Below are positions 1 to 10,845 of a DNA stretch of 64,000 bases, in pieces (the first letter of the stretch is position 1; every line of letters begins with the position of its first letter). Under the pieces are notes generated by a model. It was not told where the DNA came from. It worked only from the letters and a program-made list of their open reading frames with translations, and did no database searches. Source of the stretch: an uncultured delta proteobacterium (lineage in GTDB: Bacteria > Myxococcota_A > Polyangia > Polyangiales > Polyangiaceae); NCBI GenBank assembly GCA_963716725.1, contig CAVQUB010000015.1, positions 480,001-544,000 of the forward strand, given 5' to 3'. The position numbers were made by a program, and so were the translations under genes.

Positions 1-297
1 GGGGTCGACCGCGAAGCTCATGGGGCCGACCGGGCTGCCCTCGGGCGGGCGATCACGACCGAGCTGATCGGGCCCGCCGCCCCAACTCGCGGCGAACACG
101 GGGCCTGGCTTGGCAGGCGCTGGCGCCGGGGCCGCGGCCACCGGCGGGGTCACCCTGGCTCTGGGAGCGGCGGTGACGCGCTCCGCCGCCGTGACGCGGG
201 GCAGCGGCGCGTTGGCTCGAGCCGTTGGGCGACCCCACCACAGCGCTGCGCAGAGCCCGACGACCAGCGTGACGATGACGGTTCGAGGGCGGACCAT
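1..297 (-). CDS. Exported hypothetical protein, N-terminal part only (runs off the window)
   Basis: Manual translation from ATG 297: MVRPRTVIVTLVVGLCAALWWG (hydrophobic N-terminus), a Pro/Ala linker, then WGGGPDQLGRDRPPEGSPVGPMSFAVDP. Starts 7 nt after the stop of the upstream SH3 gene. Confidence 0.7.
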   Translation of the reverse strand, partial: MVRPRTVIVTLVVGLCAALWWGRPTARANAPLPRVTAAERVTAAPRARVTPPVAAAPAPAPAKPGPVFAASWGGGPDQLGRDRPPEGSPVGPMSFAVDP

Positions 298-304
298 GTC
301 GCCC

Positions 305-1408
305 TCAGTATCCCGCCCGCCGGATCGCCTTGTAGGCGCTGCCCGCGGTACGGTATCCCTTCACGCATCCGCCCTTGCAGCTCTTGCACTCGTAAGCGTA
401 GATGGATCCCCACGGGTCGCCGCTCGAGTAGATGAAGACGTGCCCGGAGCCGTTCGAGCGATAGTTGAGCGCGTCGGCCTTCTTGATGTTGCTCCGCGAG
501 ATGACTGACCACTCGCTGGTGCTGCTGTTGAAGTCGGCGGTCGTGTACGGGTGGTTGTCGATGCTCATGCTGCTGTTGCTCGACGGCACCTGCCAGACCT
601 TGGCGACGAAGCCCGAACAGTCCCCACCGTAGCTTCCGCTGTGGGAGCAGCTGGGGCACGAGCCTGAGCAGGACCCGCCCTGATTTCCCGGGCCGTTGCT
701 GAGAAACCGCCCGTGGCCCCACCAGTACGAGTGTCCAGGCCCAGCCTCGGCGCGCTGCATCGCCGCCTCGATCTTGCCCGTGGGCTGGCCCCCGGTCGGC
801 GGGTTGCCCCCGGTCGGCGGGTTGCCTCCGCCCCCTTCGTCGCCGCCGGCGACCTTGCTCACCGAGTAGTACTTGCTGGAGCTCCACCCCGAGCTGCCCG
901 CGTACTGCACGTTGTAAAACCCGTTGTTCGGCTGGGGCGACAGCAGGGTGACCTGCGCATCTCCGGGCACGACCTTGATCACGGAATACGAGGTCGAGGC
1001 GCCGCTGCGCAGGTTCACGTCGCTGATGGCGATGAGCGTGCTGCCCGCGGGCAGCGAACCCGAGGTGCTGCCGATGGGCTCGAGGTAGTTGCCGTAGCTG
1101 AAGCCCGAGGTCCCATCGTGGTCGATCTCGTAGAATCCATTGGTCGGCTGAGACGCGACCACGGTGACCAGCGCGCCCTTCGGCACGACTCGGAGGATGC
1201 TCTTGTTCGACGATGGGCCGGAGCGCAGGTTGAGGTTGCCGGTGGTTCGGAGCTGGCTGCCGATGGGCATCGGACCCGTCAGCCCTTCGCCGGCGGAGTC
1301 GGTGTCCTCGGTGAGCTCCTCGGACTCCACCGGCGGCGCGGTCGCCGGCGCGCAGCCCACGGATCCGGAAGCGATCAGGATGACGACAGCCCAGGCTCGT
1401 TCGCTCAT
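305..1408 (-). CDS. Putative lipoprotein with two SH3b domains and a C-terminal NlpC/P60-like peptidase domain
   Basis: Lipobox-like SVGC; two SH3b-type repeats (NLNLRSGPS, DVNLRSGAS); DCSGFV and GHVFIY catalytic-type motifs. Start placed at MSERAW. Confidence 0.8.
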   Translation of the reverse strand: MSERAWAVVILIASGSVGCAPATAPPVESEELTEDTDSAGEGLTGPMPIGSQLRTTGNLNLRSGPSSNKSILRVVPKGALVTVVASQPTNGFYEIDHDGTSGFSYGNYLEPIGSTSGSLPAGSTLIAISDVNLRSGASTSYSVIKVVPGDAQVTLLSPQPNNGFYNVQYAGSSGWSSSKYYSVSKVAGGDEGGGGNPPTGGNPPTGGQPTGKIEAAMQRAEAGPGHSYWWGHGRFLSNGPGNQGGSCSGSCPSCSHSGSYGGDCSGFVAKVWQVPSSNSSMSIDNHPYTTADFNSSTSEWSVISRSNIKKADALNYRSNGSGHVFIYSSGDPWGSIYAYECKSCKGGCVKGYRTAGSAYKAIRRAGY

Positions 1409-1420
1409 GCCCAGACGAAT

Positions 1421-1436
1421 TGCAACGCACGTGCCG
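1421..1436 (-). promoter_or_regulatory. Candidate sigma54 (-24/-12) promoter
   Basis: Minus strand reads CGGCACG-TGCG-TTGCA against the consensus TGGCACG-N4-TTGC; the -12 C lies 14 nt upstream of ATG 1408. Confidence 0.55.
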
Positions 1437-1565
1437 CCAGGCTTTGGCGCCACAGACGACATTTTCCAGCAAGATCAAGCGGGTAGGAGGATGTAGGCGC
1501 GGCTGCATCGTCCGGATTTCGTCCGGACGGGCGCGGGACTCGCGTCCTGCGCGACGCCAGCTGCG

Positions 1566-2009
1566 TTACCCGCCGGTGGAGCCAAAACCGCCGGAGCCAC
1601 GAGCGGTCAGGTCCAACCCCTCGGCCCACTCGACCGTGGCCCGAGAGACCGGGGCGATCACCAGCTGCGCGATGCGTGCAAGCGGCTCCACGGTGAAGGG
1701 CTCGGCCCCATGGTTGACGAGGATCACGCCGACCTCGCCGCGGTAGTCCGCGTCGATGGTGCCCGGCGCGTTGACCATCCCGACCCCGTGGCGCAGCGCG
1801 AGCCCCGATCGGGGCCGAACTTGACCCTCGAAGCCGGGCGGAATGGCCAGCGCCAGTCCGGTCGGGATCAGGCGACGCTCCCCCGGCGCGAGCACCACCG
1901 ACGAGGCCAGCGCCGCCATCAAGTCGAGCCCGGCAGAGTCCGGCGTCTGGTACCGCGGAAGCGGCACTTCGACGGCGCCCACCCGCATCGCCCGGACGAC
2001 CGGGCTCAC
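1566..2009 (-). CDS. dut: dUTP diphosphatase
   Basis: Motifs [40 protein letters not shown] start overlaps the upstream TGA. Confidence 0.96.
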   Translation of the reverse strand: MSPVVRAMRVGAVEVPLPRYQTPDSAGLDLMAALASSVVLAPGERRLIPTGLALAIPPGFEGQVRPRSGLALRHGVGMVNAPGTIDADYRGEVGVILVNHGAEPFTVEPLARIAQLVIAPVSRATVEWAEGLDLTARGSGGFGSTGG

Positions 2010-3169
2010 AGCTGAGCGAACCTTCCGCTCTTGAGCGAGGCGTCGAGCAACTGTCGCACGCGCTGTTCGAGGGCCCGGGCTTGTTGATCGGGGATCTGCG
2101 CCAGCGCCGTCTTGATCTCGCCGAGCGCCTTGAGCTGACTGAAGAGCTGAAGATCGCTGGGCGGAGCCGCCCCGGTGAGTACCTGCCGGATGCGTTCGAT
2201 CTCGGCCGAGAGCGCCTCGACGCCGACTCCGAGGGCGCCCACCCGGCGCCGATCGGGGTGCTCGCGGTAGAACGACTCGAGCACTGGCTGCACGATTTGA
2301 TCGAGGATCGGCGCCTGATCTTCCGCGTTCCACACGTGCTTGAGCACGAACAGGTCGCTGGTATCGGCCTCACTCCGACCGTCGATGTAAGCGCTGGCGG
2401 CGAAGAGCTTGAGCATCTTGACCACCCGGCGATCACTGATGGTGATGCCCTCGGCGCGGATCTGGAAAATCAGCCCTTTGTAGCTGGAGAGGAAGGACTC
2501 GGAGAACGACAGCCGCCTCGCGAGCTCCTCGGTCATGGCGTGGATGTGGGCCGCCGAGAGCAGCGGCTGGGGCTTGGCCCGGCGCAGCTTCTTCACCTCT
2601 TGTTGGACGCCGAGCTGGAGCAGCTCGTTGAAGTGATAGGCGTCGAGGTGATCGGAGCGGATGCGCAGCAGGAAGCGATCGAACATGGCCGACAGCGAGT
2701 CGTCGCTGGGGACCTCGTTGCTGGCTCCGAAGGCGCTGATCAGCGGGCATTCGATGATCTGGCTGCCCGAGGTGTAGCGTCGCTCGTTGAGCAGGCTCAA
2801 GAGCGCGTTGAGGATCGCGCTGTTCGCCTTGAAGACCTCGTCGAGGAACACGATCTCGCTCACCGGCAGCATGCCCTCGATCCGCCGGCGGTAGTGCCCT
2901 TCCCGGAACGCGGCGATGTCGACGGGGCCGAAGATCTCGTTGGGCTCGGTGAAGCGGGTCAGCAGGTACTCGAAGTACTGAGCTTGAATCAGCTCGGCCA
3001 GCGTGCGGATCAGCGCGCTCTTGGCCGTGCCCGGTGGCCCGATCAGCACGGCGTGCTCCCGAGCCACCACCGCGATCAGCAACAGGCGAATCACCTCGCT
3101 CTTGCCCAAGAACTGGGAGTCGAGCGTCTCGGCGACGCGCTGCAGGCGGGAAGACAGGTCGTTGGACAT
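2006..3169 (-). CDS. MoxR/RavA-family AAA+ ATPase
   Basis: Walker [24 protein letters not shown], Walker [31 protein letters not shown]. Confidence 0.9.
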   Translation of the reverse strand: MSNDLSSRLQRVAETLDSQFLGKSEVIRLLLIAVVAREHAVLIGPPGTAKSALIRTLAELIQAQYFEYLLTRFTEPNEIFGPVDIAAFREGHYRRRIEGMLPVSEIVFLDEVFKANSAILNALLSLLNERRYTSGSQIIECPLISAFGASNEVPSDDSLSAMFDRFLLRIRSDHLDAYHFNELLQLGVQQEVKKLRRAKPQPLLSAAHIHAMTEELARRLSFSESFLSSYKGLIFQIRAEGITISDRRVVKMLKLFAASAYIDGRSEADTSDLFVLKHVWNAEDQAPILDQIVQPVLESFYREHPDRRRVGALGVGVEALSAEIERIRQVLTGAAPPSDLQLFSQLKALGEIKTALAQIPDQQARALEQRVRQLLDASLKSGRFAQL

Positions 3170-3226
3170 GAGAAGATCGCCTGGTCCGAGTTGTAGCCGG
3201 TCGAGCGTCGGGCCTCAACGCCCGGA

Positions 3227-5869
3227 TCAGGCGTGCTTGGCCGCGGCCTGCCGGTGTTTCTCGAAGACCTCGTCGGCCATGCCCTTGAGCTTCTGGGCTT
3301 CGCGCTGGATATCCGCGTTGTTCATGTAGTGCTCGCTGCCCATCACGTAGGCCGAGAAGGCGTAGTAGCTGCGAGCGACCTCGATCTCGTTGCCGATCTC
3401 CTTCGAGAGCGCCACCGAGCGCATGAAGTAGTCGATGGCCTTGCCCTCGTGTCCGGGCCCCCAGGCCCCGGCGGCGGTGACCTCACCCAAGGTGCGCAGC
3501 GCCACCGCCAAATGCGACTTGCTGCGGACCTGACCGAAGAGATCGACCGCGTGCTTGATGGCCTCCCGGGCCATGCGAAGCTCATTCTGCATCAGATACG
3601 CCTTGGCTAGCCCGCGCTTGGCTTCGGCGAGGTGCAGGTTGTCGCCCAGCTCATCGCACAGCTCCTCCGCCTGCTTGAGCACCCGAATGGCCTCGGTGGT
3701 GTCGCCGAGGCGATAGTGGGTCTCACCGATGTTGGTGAGCACGACGGCGAGGCGATTGCGCTCGCCGATTTCCCGGGCCACCTCGTAGGCCTCGCGGAAG
3801 AGCTGCAGCGCTTCGGGGTTGTCGTTGCGATCTTGGGCGAGCTTGCCCAAGTTGTTCAGGCTCTGCACGATGCCCAAGGGGTCGTTGATCTCGCGCCGGA
3901 GCTTGAGCGAGGCCTCCAGGGCCTCGGCGGCACTCTCGGGTTTGCCGTGGTCCATCCAGACCAGGCCAATGTTGTTGAACGAGAGGGCGATGCTGCGAAG
4001 ATCCTGGAGTTCTTTGCGGATTTCGAGGCCGATCTTCAGCTCGATCAGCGAGTCGTCGTACTCGCCCTTCATCCACAAACACTTGCCGATGTCGTCGTGA
4101 CAGGCGGCGATGCCTCGGCGATCGGCCGCGAGCTCGAAGAGCGCGAGGGCGGTCGTCAGATGCTGCTGCGCCACGCTCAACATGCCCGTGTCGCGGTGGA
4201 GCCGACCGATGCGGTTGTGAGCGGCACCGCCCTTGGCGCGCAGCGCCAGGCGATAGGCCAGTGAGAGCATCTCGCGGAAAGCGCTGAGCGCGTCGTCGGT
4301 CTTGCCCAGCAACGTGAGCACGTCGCCGTGATCGTGCAGCGCATCGATGCGCCGCCGCGCGTCGGAGTCTCCCAGCAGATCGAGCCCCTTGCTGTAGTAC
4401 TCGTTGGCTTTCTTCGCGGCGTAGCTGGCGCGGGCCAGATCCGCCGCTTCGAGGTAGGTGAGTCCGGCGCGAGCGAGCGCGCCGCCCTTCTCGAGGTGTT
4501 GCGCGAGCATGGCGCAGTACTCTTCCTGGGAGCGCACGCCGTCTTTCTGGGCCAGCCAGTCCGCCGTGGTCTGATGATAGCGGCGGGCAGCGGCGCCGCT
4601 GGTCAGCTGGGCGATCCGCTCGCGCTCCAGGTTGTGCTTGAAGACGTACTCGACCTCGCCCGAAAACGACGAGTCCGGGAGCTTCAGCACGTAGTCGCGG
4701 ACCACCAGACCGTCGAGCAGCGCTCGGCGTTCGTCCCAGTCCTTCATGTCCGCCTTGGTCCACAGCTCGGGCGCGGGTTTGTCCATGCGCATGAGCGCCA
4801 CCAGCGCGCCCAACCAGAACACGCTGCCCACCGCCGCGGCGTGCTCGAGCAGCATGCGCTCGTCGGCAGACAAGGCCGCGATGCGCGCCGAGACCGCGTC
4901 GGCGATGTTGAGCGGCAGCCGCGCGCCTGCCAGTTTCTCGAGGTTGACTTTCCACGACGGCTCCCGGGCAAGCGCGTCGCGTTCGTCGAGCACGCCGGTG
5001 TCGTGGTAGATGCGGACCATCTGCTCGAGCAGTCCGGGGTTGCCGCCGGCCATGCCCAGCGCGGCCTCGACCAGGGCGTCGGGAGGACCGCCTTGGCAAG
5101 GGGCGAGCAGGGCCTTCGCGAGGGCCTGCGCCTGCTCCTCGGGCAGCGCCGTCAGATCCACGCGCTGGTGACGCTCCCGACCGAAGGAGAACCAGTCCTC
5201 GTGCCTGGCGGAGATGTCTGGGCGCGTGGCGCAGAGCAGCAAGATGGGACCGGTGAGGTTTTCCATCAGGTACCGGAGCAGCTCGATGGAGTCGTCGTCG
5301 GCGAGGTGGAGATCTTCGAACACCAGGCAGATCGGGCCCTGCGCCGCGTCCCCCTCGACGAAGGCCTTGACGATGGATCGCCGCAGCAGCCGCGCCTGCA
5401 CCGGGTCGTCGGCCACGGCCTTGGTGAGCGGGCTGCCCAAGAAATCCAGGTCGATGAGCTGACCGAGGAAGTAGCAGACGTCGCCGACCTTGCGGTCTTC
5501 GAGCACGGTCGCGACTTGAGAGCGGACTTGGGCCTTTGCGGCCTCGGCGTCCATGCCCTCGACCAGCCCGAAGCGCGCCCTGAGGAGCCGGGCGAACACG
5601 CCGTAGGAGTTCTGGAGGCTGCGCGCGGAGCCCCGGTAGACCCGGGGGACCCGCCCGCCGGCCTCGCGCAGTTCGAGCAAAAACTCGTGGATCAGTCGGC
5701 TCTTGCCGATGCCGCTGGGCCCGCACAAGGTCACGATGCGAGCTTCCCCCGCCGTGCGCGCGGCGTCCGCGGCGCTTCGGAGGCTGGCCTTTTCCGCCTC
5801 GCGGCCCAGGAGCGGCGCCCGCAAGTCACTCACCCCGAATACGATTTCCGTCGCAGGCGCCTCATTCAT
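3227..5869 (-). CDS. STAND-like P-loop ATPase with C-terminal TPR repeats
   Basis: LLGREAE, Walker A GPSGIGKS, Walker B VFEDLHLAD, GGNP, YVFKH, then many TPR-like repeats; ATG overlaps the upstream stop (ATGA). Confidence 0.85.
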   Translation of the reverse strand: MNEAPATEIVFGVSDLRAPLLGREAEKASLRSAADAARTAGEARIVTLCGPSGIGKSRLIHEFLLELREAGGRVPRVYRGSARSLQNSYGVFARLLRARFGLVEGMDAEAAKAQVRSQVATVLEDRKVGDVCYFLGQLIDLDFLGSPLTKAVADDPVQARLLRRSIVKAFVEGDAAQGPICLVFEDLHLADDDSIELLRYLMENLTGPILLLCATRPDISARHEDWFSFGRERHQRVDLTALPEEQAQALAKALLAPCQGGPPDALVEAALGMAGGNPGLLEQMVRIYHDTGVLDERDALAREPSWKVNLEKLAGARLPLNIADAVSARIAALSADERMLLEHAAAVGSVFWLGALVALMRMDKPAPELWTKADMKDWDERRALLDGLVVRDYVLKLPDSSFSGEVEYVFKHNLERERIAQLTSGAAARRYHQTTADWLAQKDGVRSQEEYCAMLAQHLEKGGALARAGLTYLEAADLARASYAAKKANEYYSKGLDLLGDSDARRRIDALHDHGDVLTLLGKTDDALSAFREMLSLAYRLALRAKGGAAHNRIGRLHRDTGMLSVAQQHLTTALALFELAADRRGIAACHDDIGKCLWMKGEYDDSLIELKIGLEIRKELQDLRSIALSFNNIGLVWMDHGKPESAAEALEASLKLRREINDPLGIVQSLNNLGKLAQDRNDNPEALQLFREAYEVAREIGERNRLAVVLTNIGETHYRLGDTTEAIRVLKQAEELCDELGDNLHLAEAKRGLAKAYLMQNELRMAREAIKHAVDLFGQVRSKSHLAVALRTLGEVTAAGAWGPGHEGKAIDYFMRSVALSKEIGNEIEVARSYYAFSAYVMGSEHYMNNADIQREAQKLKGMADEVFEKHRQAAAKHA

Positions 5870-6717
5870 CGCCGCGTAGTCTCGCGCCCTTTGTTCGGCT
5901 TCACAAGGGCGCGAGGGGCCGGGCTCGGGCGCGTGAGCGACGCCGGCTTCGTCGGCGGCTGCCCACGGGTCGGCGCCGGGATGCAGGTGCGTCCCTGCCG
6001 CGCCGGACAGGCGATCCGCACGTGGAAGTGGTCGTCGTGGACCTGACCGGCGCTGGGCTGCTTCATCGCCATGGCGGCCCGGTGCAGGACCGGCAGGTAG
6101 GTGCCTTTGGAGCGGGCGTGGGCGAGCAGCCGGGCCTTCACGCCGCTGGCGACGAAGATGTGCTCGACGCGCGCTCCAGGATCGGTGACCCACGCCTCGA
6201 CCAAGGCCCAGTTCCGCGCATCGTCGAAGCGATATTTCCGGTTTTCCAGCGCGATGCCCTTGGGATCCACCGTCATGAACTCCGACGGTGAGACGCTCTC
6301 CCCCTCGGGCCCAACGAACAGGAACGCCACGTCGGCGTCCCGGCCGCTCTCGTGGCTGCGATGCCCGGAGATCTCGCCGCCTTCGCGGCGGGAGAGGTCG
6401 CCGACGTGGACGGTCGCGCCCGCGAAGCGAGAGGCGATCCGCTTGGCCGATCGCTCGAGCATGCCGACCAGGGCGGGCAGTCCGTAGTTCGCCCCGTTGG
6501 GGTGGCGCAGCCGAATTTCCGGGCCGCTTTCCAGCGCGACCGCTCCCTCCAGCTTGCCGTCGGTGGGCGAGCCGATGCTGCGCGCGTCAACCACGACCGC
6601 GCGGCGCCCCGAGGCCGCACGTTTCGGAGCCGGCGCGATCGCGCTCTCGCGCGCGACCGAACCGGTCGAAATGCTCACGGCCGCCAAGAGCAGGAGCGTC
6701 GGCAATTCCCGGCGCAT
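5866..6717 (-). CDS. Penicillin-insensitive murein endopeptidase (MepA-like)
   Basis: Signal peptide; VGDLSRREGG, HRSHESGRDAD and HDDHFHVRI zinc-binding LAS-type motifs. Confidence 0.85.
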   Translation of the reverse strand: MRRELPTLLLLAAVSISTGSVARESAIAPAPKRAASGRRAVVVDARSIGSPTDGKLEGAVALESGPEIRLRHPNGANYGLPALVGMLERSAKRIASRFAGATVHVGDLSRREGGEISGHRSHESGRDADVAFLFVGPEGESVSPSEFMTVDPKGIALENRKYRFDDARNWALVEAWVTDPGARVEHIFVASGVKARLLAHARSKGTYLPVLHRAAMAMKQPSAGQVHDDHFHVRIACPARQGRTCIPAPTRGQPPTKPASLTRPSPAPRALVKPNKGRETTRR

Positions 6718-6895
6718 GGCCCCTTAGCTAGTGGGACGGCGGGCATTGGGCCAAAATCCGAGGCCTCCGCCCGGAGCGCTGCGGCACGCAAAAAACCCCG
6801 GTTGCACGCTGGGGGCGCCTGTACGACGCTGCTGCCCACCAGATCCGCAGGGCATTCGGCCCGGCCACGCTGGTCTGATAGATTAACGCGCTCTC

Positions 6896-7747
6896 GTGTC
6901 CAGCCTCCCCGACAAGACTCCGGCCCAGGGCTTCTCCAACGAGAAGCGCTCCCTCGGCAAGGGCGTGTTCAAGAAATGCGGTGGGTGCTCGACGGTGCTC
7001 ACCGCCGAAGCGCTGTCCGAGTCCTGGCACGTCTGTTCGAGCTGCGGGTACCACCACCCAATGGCCCCGGCCGACTGGCGCCGGCTGCTGCTCGATGAGG
7101 CGGCGCTCGAACGTTGGGACGATCACGTGGCTCCCACCGACCCCCTGCGCTTCGACGACGGGAAGAAATACAGCGATCGCCTGGAGCGGGCGAAAAAACA
7201 AAGCGGGCAGACCGAGGCCATCGAGGTCGGGCGGGCTCGGATCGACGGACGGGTCATCGCCTACGGCTGCTACGTTTTCTCTTTCATGGGCGGCAGCATG
7301 GGCTCGGTCGTCGGCGAGCGAGTGACTCGGATGTTCGAGCGCGCTACGCAAGATCGCCTGCCCGTGGTGTTGCTGCACGCCTCCGGCGGCGCGCGCATGC
7401 AAGAGGGCATCCTCAGCTTGATGCAAATGGCGAAGTCCGTAGCCGCACTGGCTCGTTTCCGTAGCGTGAGGCAGCCTTACATCAGCCTTTGCCTGCACCC
7501 CACCACCGGCGGCGTCGCTGCGAGCACTGCGCTGCTCGGCGACGTCAACATCGTGGAGCCGAACGCGCTGATTGGATTCGCCGGCCCCCGGGTGATCGAG
7601 AGCACGCTTCGGACCACGCTGCCCGAAGGCTTCCAACGCTCCGAGTTCCTGCGAGACCATGGCATGGTGGACTCCATCGTTCCGCGATCTGAAATGAAAT
7701 CCACATTGAGCGTAGTGCTCCGACACTTGTCAGGAGGGCGCGCGTGA
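6896..7747 (+). CDS. accD: Acetyl-CoA carboxylase carboxyltransferase beta subunit
   Basis: N-terminal CxxC...CxxC zinc finger; FMGGSMGSVVGE, SGGARMQEG, PTTGGVAAS, IGFAGPRVIE. Confidence 0.97.
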   Translation: MSSLPDKTPAQGFSNEKRSLGKGVFKKCGGCSTVLTAEALSESWHVCSSCGYHHPMAPADWRRLLLDEAALERWDDHVAPTDPLRFDDGKKYSDRLERAKKQSGQTEAIEVGRARIDGRVIAYGCYVFSFMGGSMGSVVGERVTRMFERATQDRLPVVLLHASGGARMQEGILSLMQMAKSVAALARFRSVRQPYISLCLHPTTGGVAASTALLGDVNIVEPNALIGFAGPRVIESTLRTTLPEGFQRSEFLRDHGMVDSIVPRSEMKSTLSVVLRHLSGGRA

Positions 7748-8982
7748 GCAGCACTCTCGCCGAGGTTCTTCCGCGTCTGTACGCCCTGGTGCCCAGGGGC
7801 AAGTCCCTGGGCCTCGAACGCATGGAAGCCGCCTGCGCGCGCTTCGGAAATCCCGAGCGCTCGTTCTCAGCCGTGCACGTCGCCGGGACCAACGGCAAGG
7901 GCACCGTCTCGGCCTTTGTCGCGTCCATCGCCCGCGCGTCGGGCAAGCGCGTCGGCCTCTACACCTCCCCTCACCTCGTTCGCTTCGCCGAGCGCATTCA
8001 GATCGACGGCGCGCTCATCGACGACGAGACGCTGGCGCGCGTGCTCGAGCGGGTCATGGACGAGGCGCCTGAACTCACCTTCTTCGAAGTCACGACGCTG
8101 GCCGCCTTTGTCGCTTTTCAGCAGGCTCAGGTCGAGATCGCGGTGATCGAGGTCGGGCTCGGCGGTCGCTTGGACGCCACCAACGTGATCCCGCCGCCAC
8201 GCGTGGCGGTGATCACGCGAGTGGCCTTCGATCACATCGAGGAGCTCGGTGACTCGTTGGCCAAGATCGCGACGGAGAAGGCCGGGATCATCAAGAAGGG
8301 CTCCACCGTGGTGGTCGGCAAGCTGCACCCAGACGCCCGCGACGTGGTGGAGCGGCGGGTCGCGCAGGTGGGCGCTCACCTGGTGGCGCTCAGCAACCCG
8401 GAGCCCATTCCCGGCGCGGCGTTGGCCTACCCGCGCTTCGCGATGTTCGGATCGAACCTGGCGGTGGCCGTCACGGCCGGGCAGGAGCTCGGGATCCCGC
8501 CTCGGACCATCGCCGACGGCATCGAAGCCGCGCAGTGGCCTGCGCGGAACGAACTCTTGCACCGCAATGGCCAGGAGCTGACCCTGCTCGATTGCGCCCA
8601 CAACCCCGACGGCACCGTGGCGCTGTCCCACGTGCTCGACCCGTCGACCCTTGGCGAGATCGAGAGCCGCCGGGACGTGGCGCTGGTCTTCGGCACGTTG
8701 AAGAAGAAGAGCTGGCGAGCGATGCTGCGCAGGCTCGAACAGTCCGCCGCCCACAAGTTCTTCGTCGCTCCTCCGCTGTCCGCGGACAAGGTCGCCGATC
8801 CCCACGAGATGGCCGCGGCCTTCGGCGGCACGGTCGCGCCCAACGTCGCCGAGGCGCTCAGTCTGGCTCGCGCCAAGGTCGGCCAGTCGGGGCTCGTGGT
8901 GGTGACCGGGTCCATCTACCTGGTGGGTGCAGCTCGCGCCCAACTCTTGAGCGTTCCATCGGATCCTCCCGTGGACATGTGA
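7744..8982 (+). CDS. folC: Folylpolyglutamate synthase/dihydrofolate synthase
   Basis: HVAGTNGKG, YTSPHL, EVGLGGRLDATN, DCAHNPDG, VTGSIYLVG; follows accD. Confidence 0.96.
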   Translation: MSSTLAEVLPRLYALVPRGKSLGLERMEAACARFGNPERSFSAVHVAGTNGKGTVSAFVASIARASGKRVGLYTSPHLVRFAERIQIDGALIDDETLARVLERVMDEAPELTFFEVTTLAAFVAFQQAQVEIAVIEVGLGGRLDATNVIPPPRVAVITRVAFDHIEELGDSLAKIATEKAGIIKKGSTVVVGKLHPDARDVVERRVAQVGAHLVALSNPEPIPGAALAYPRFAMFGSNLAVAVTAGQELGIPPRTIADGIEAAQWPARNELLHRNGQELTLLDCAHNPDGTVALSHVLDPSTLGEIESRRDVALVFGTLKKKSWRAMLRRLEQSAAHKFFVAPPLSADKVADPHEMAAAFGGTVAPNVAEALSLARAKVGQSGLVVVTGSIYLVGAARAQLLSVPSDPPVDM

Positions 8983-8989
8983 GGTCGCC

Positions 8990-9475
8990 ATGCCGTCGTT
9001 CGACGTCGTTTCCAAGGTGGCCTGGGCCGAAGTGATGAATGCCCTCGACCAAGCGTCGCGGGAAGTGGCCCAGCGCTTCGATTTCAAGGACACCGAGACC
9101 AGCCTCGAGAAGACCGACGAGGGCATCGTGGTCCGCGCCAACAGCGACGACCGCGCCCGCGCGGCCATCGGGGTATTGCAAGAGAAGCTGATCCGCCGAA
9201 AAGTGAGCCTCAAGCACCTCGACGTCGGTGAGCCCACTCCCGGCCCCAAGGGCTCTGCCCGCATCTTGGCGAAGGTCAAAGAAGGCATCGAGCAAGAGAA
9301 GTCGAAGCAGATCATCAAGCTCATCAAGGACAAGAAGCTCAAAGTCCAGGCCTCGATTCAAGGTGACGCCGTGCGCGTCAGCGGCAAGAAGCGGGACGAT
9401 CTGCAGGAGGTGATCGCGGTCCTCCGGGCCGAAGACTTCGGCATAGAGCTCAGCTACGAGAACTTCAGGGATTGA
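8990..9475 (+). CDS. yajQ: YajQ-family nucleotide/c-di-GMP-binding protein
   Basis: [10 protein letters not shown]...RFDFK...[12 protein letters not shown]...NFRD. Confidence 0.95.
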   Translation: MPSFDVVSKVAWAEVMNALDQASREVAQRFDFKDTETSLEKTDEGIVVRANSDDRARAAIGVLQEKLIRRKVSLKHLDVGEPTPGPKGSARILAKVKEGIEQEKSKQIIKLIKDKKLKVQASIQGDAVRVSGKKRDDLQEVIAVLRAEDFGIELSYENFRD

Positions 9476-9477
9476 GC

Positions 9478-10845
9478 ATGAATCCCCGCAAGCTCTTCGG
9501 GACCGACGGCATCCGTGGCAAGGCCAACCTGCCGCCCATGACCCCAGAGTTGGTGATCCGCCTCGGTCGCGCCATCACCTTGGTGGCGCGGCGTGACGCT
9601 GGGCGGGCACCCCGCATCGTGATCGGCAAGGATACGCGCCTCTCGGGCTACATGCTCGAGACCGCGCTCGAGGCTGGCATCTGCGCCATGGGCGGGCGCG
9701 TGCTGCTCACCGGCCCCATGCCCACCCCCGCTGTGGCGAACCTCACCCAGAGCATGCGCGCGGACGCGGGTGTGGTCATCAGCGCCAGCCACAACCCCTA
9801 CGACGACAACGGGATCAAGATCTTCGGCCCCGACGGCTTCAAGCTCGCCGACGAGCGAGAGGCCGAGATCGAGCGGCTGCTCGACGATCCGGCGCTGGAT
9901 CAGCGCCCCTGTACGGGGGAACGCATCGGGCGCGCCGAACGCATCGACGACGCCACCGGTCGCTACATCGTCTACGCCAAGAACGCCTTCCCCAAGGAGC
10001 TCACGCTCAACGGCCTCAAGGTCGTGATCGACGCCGCCCACGGCGCGGCGTACCGGGTGGCGCCGTTGGTGTTCAGTGAGCTTGGCGCCGAGGTCAGCGC
10101 CATTGGGGTGACCCCGAACGGCCGAAACATCAACAAGGCCTGCGGCGCCATGCACACGGCCGCGATGGTGCGGGAGGTCCTGAAGCGCGGCGCGCAGATC
10201 GGGATCGCCCTCGATGGCGACGCCGATCGCGTGATCATCGCCGACGAGCGGGGCCGGATCGTCGACGGCGACGCCATCATGGCTCTCTGCGCCACGCGCA
10301 TGCTCTCCGCCGGCAAGCTCGCGCAGCAGACCGTGGTGGCCACGGTGATGAGCAACATGGGCCTCGATCGGGCGCTGGCGCCCCTGGGAGGTCGGGTCGA
10401 GCGGACCGCGGTCGGCGATCGCTACGTGGTCGAGCGCATGCGCCAGAAGGGCTTCAACTTTGGCGGCGAGCAGAGCGGGCACCTGGTGTTTCTCGAGCAC
10501 GCGACCACCGGTGACGGCGTGATCGGCGCGTTGCAGGTCTTGGCCATCATGGTGGCCGAGGGCCGGCCGCTCTCGGAGCTCGCCCACGTGATGGAGCGCG
10601 TGCCGCAGGTCTTGGAGAACGTGGACTTGCCGGGGCGCCGCCCGATCGCGGAGATGCCGGGGCTCAGCCGCGAGATCCAGCGGGTCGAGGCCGAGCTCGG
10701 CCGAGAGGGACGCGTGCTCGTGCGCTGGAGCGGGACCGAAGCCAAGCTCCGGTTGATGGTCGAAGGACCCGACATGGGCCGCCTCGAGGCCGTGGTTCGA
10801 ACCATGGCCGACGCGGCGCGCTCGGACATGGGCGTCGGCGAGTGA
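9478..10845 (+). CDS. glmM: Phosphoglucosamine mutase
   Basis: [47 protein letters not shown]. Confidence 0.96.
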   Translation: MNPRKLFGTDGIRGKANLPPMTPELVIRLGRAITLVARRDAGRAPRIVIGKDTRLSGYMLETALEAGICAMGGRVLLTGPMPTPAVANLTQSMRADAGVVISASHNPYDDNGIKIFGPDGFKLADEREAEIERLLDDPALDQRPCTGERIGRAERIDDATGRYIVYAKNAFPKELTLNGLKVVIDAAHGAAYRVAPLVFSELGAEVSAIGVTPNGRNINKACGAMHTAAMVREVLKRGAQIGIALDGDADRVIIADERGRIVDGDAIMALCATRMLSAGKLAQQTVVATVMSNMGLDRALAPLGGRVERTAVGDRYVVERMRQKGFNFGGEQSGHLVFLEHATTGDGVIGALQVLAIMVAEGRPLSELAHVMERVPQVLENVDLPGRRPIAEMPGLSREIQRVEAELGREGRVLVRWSGTEAKLRLMVEGPDMGRLEAVVRTMADAARSDMGVGE

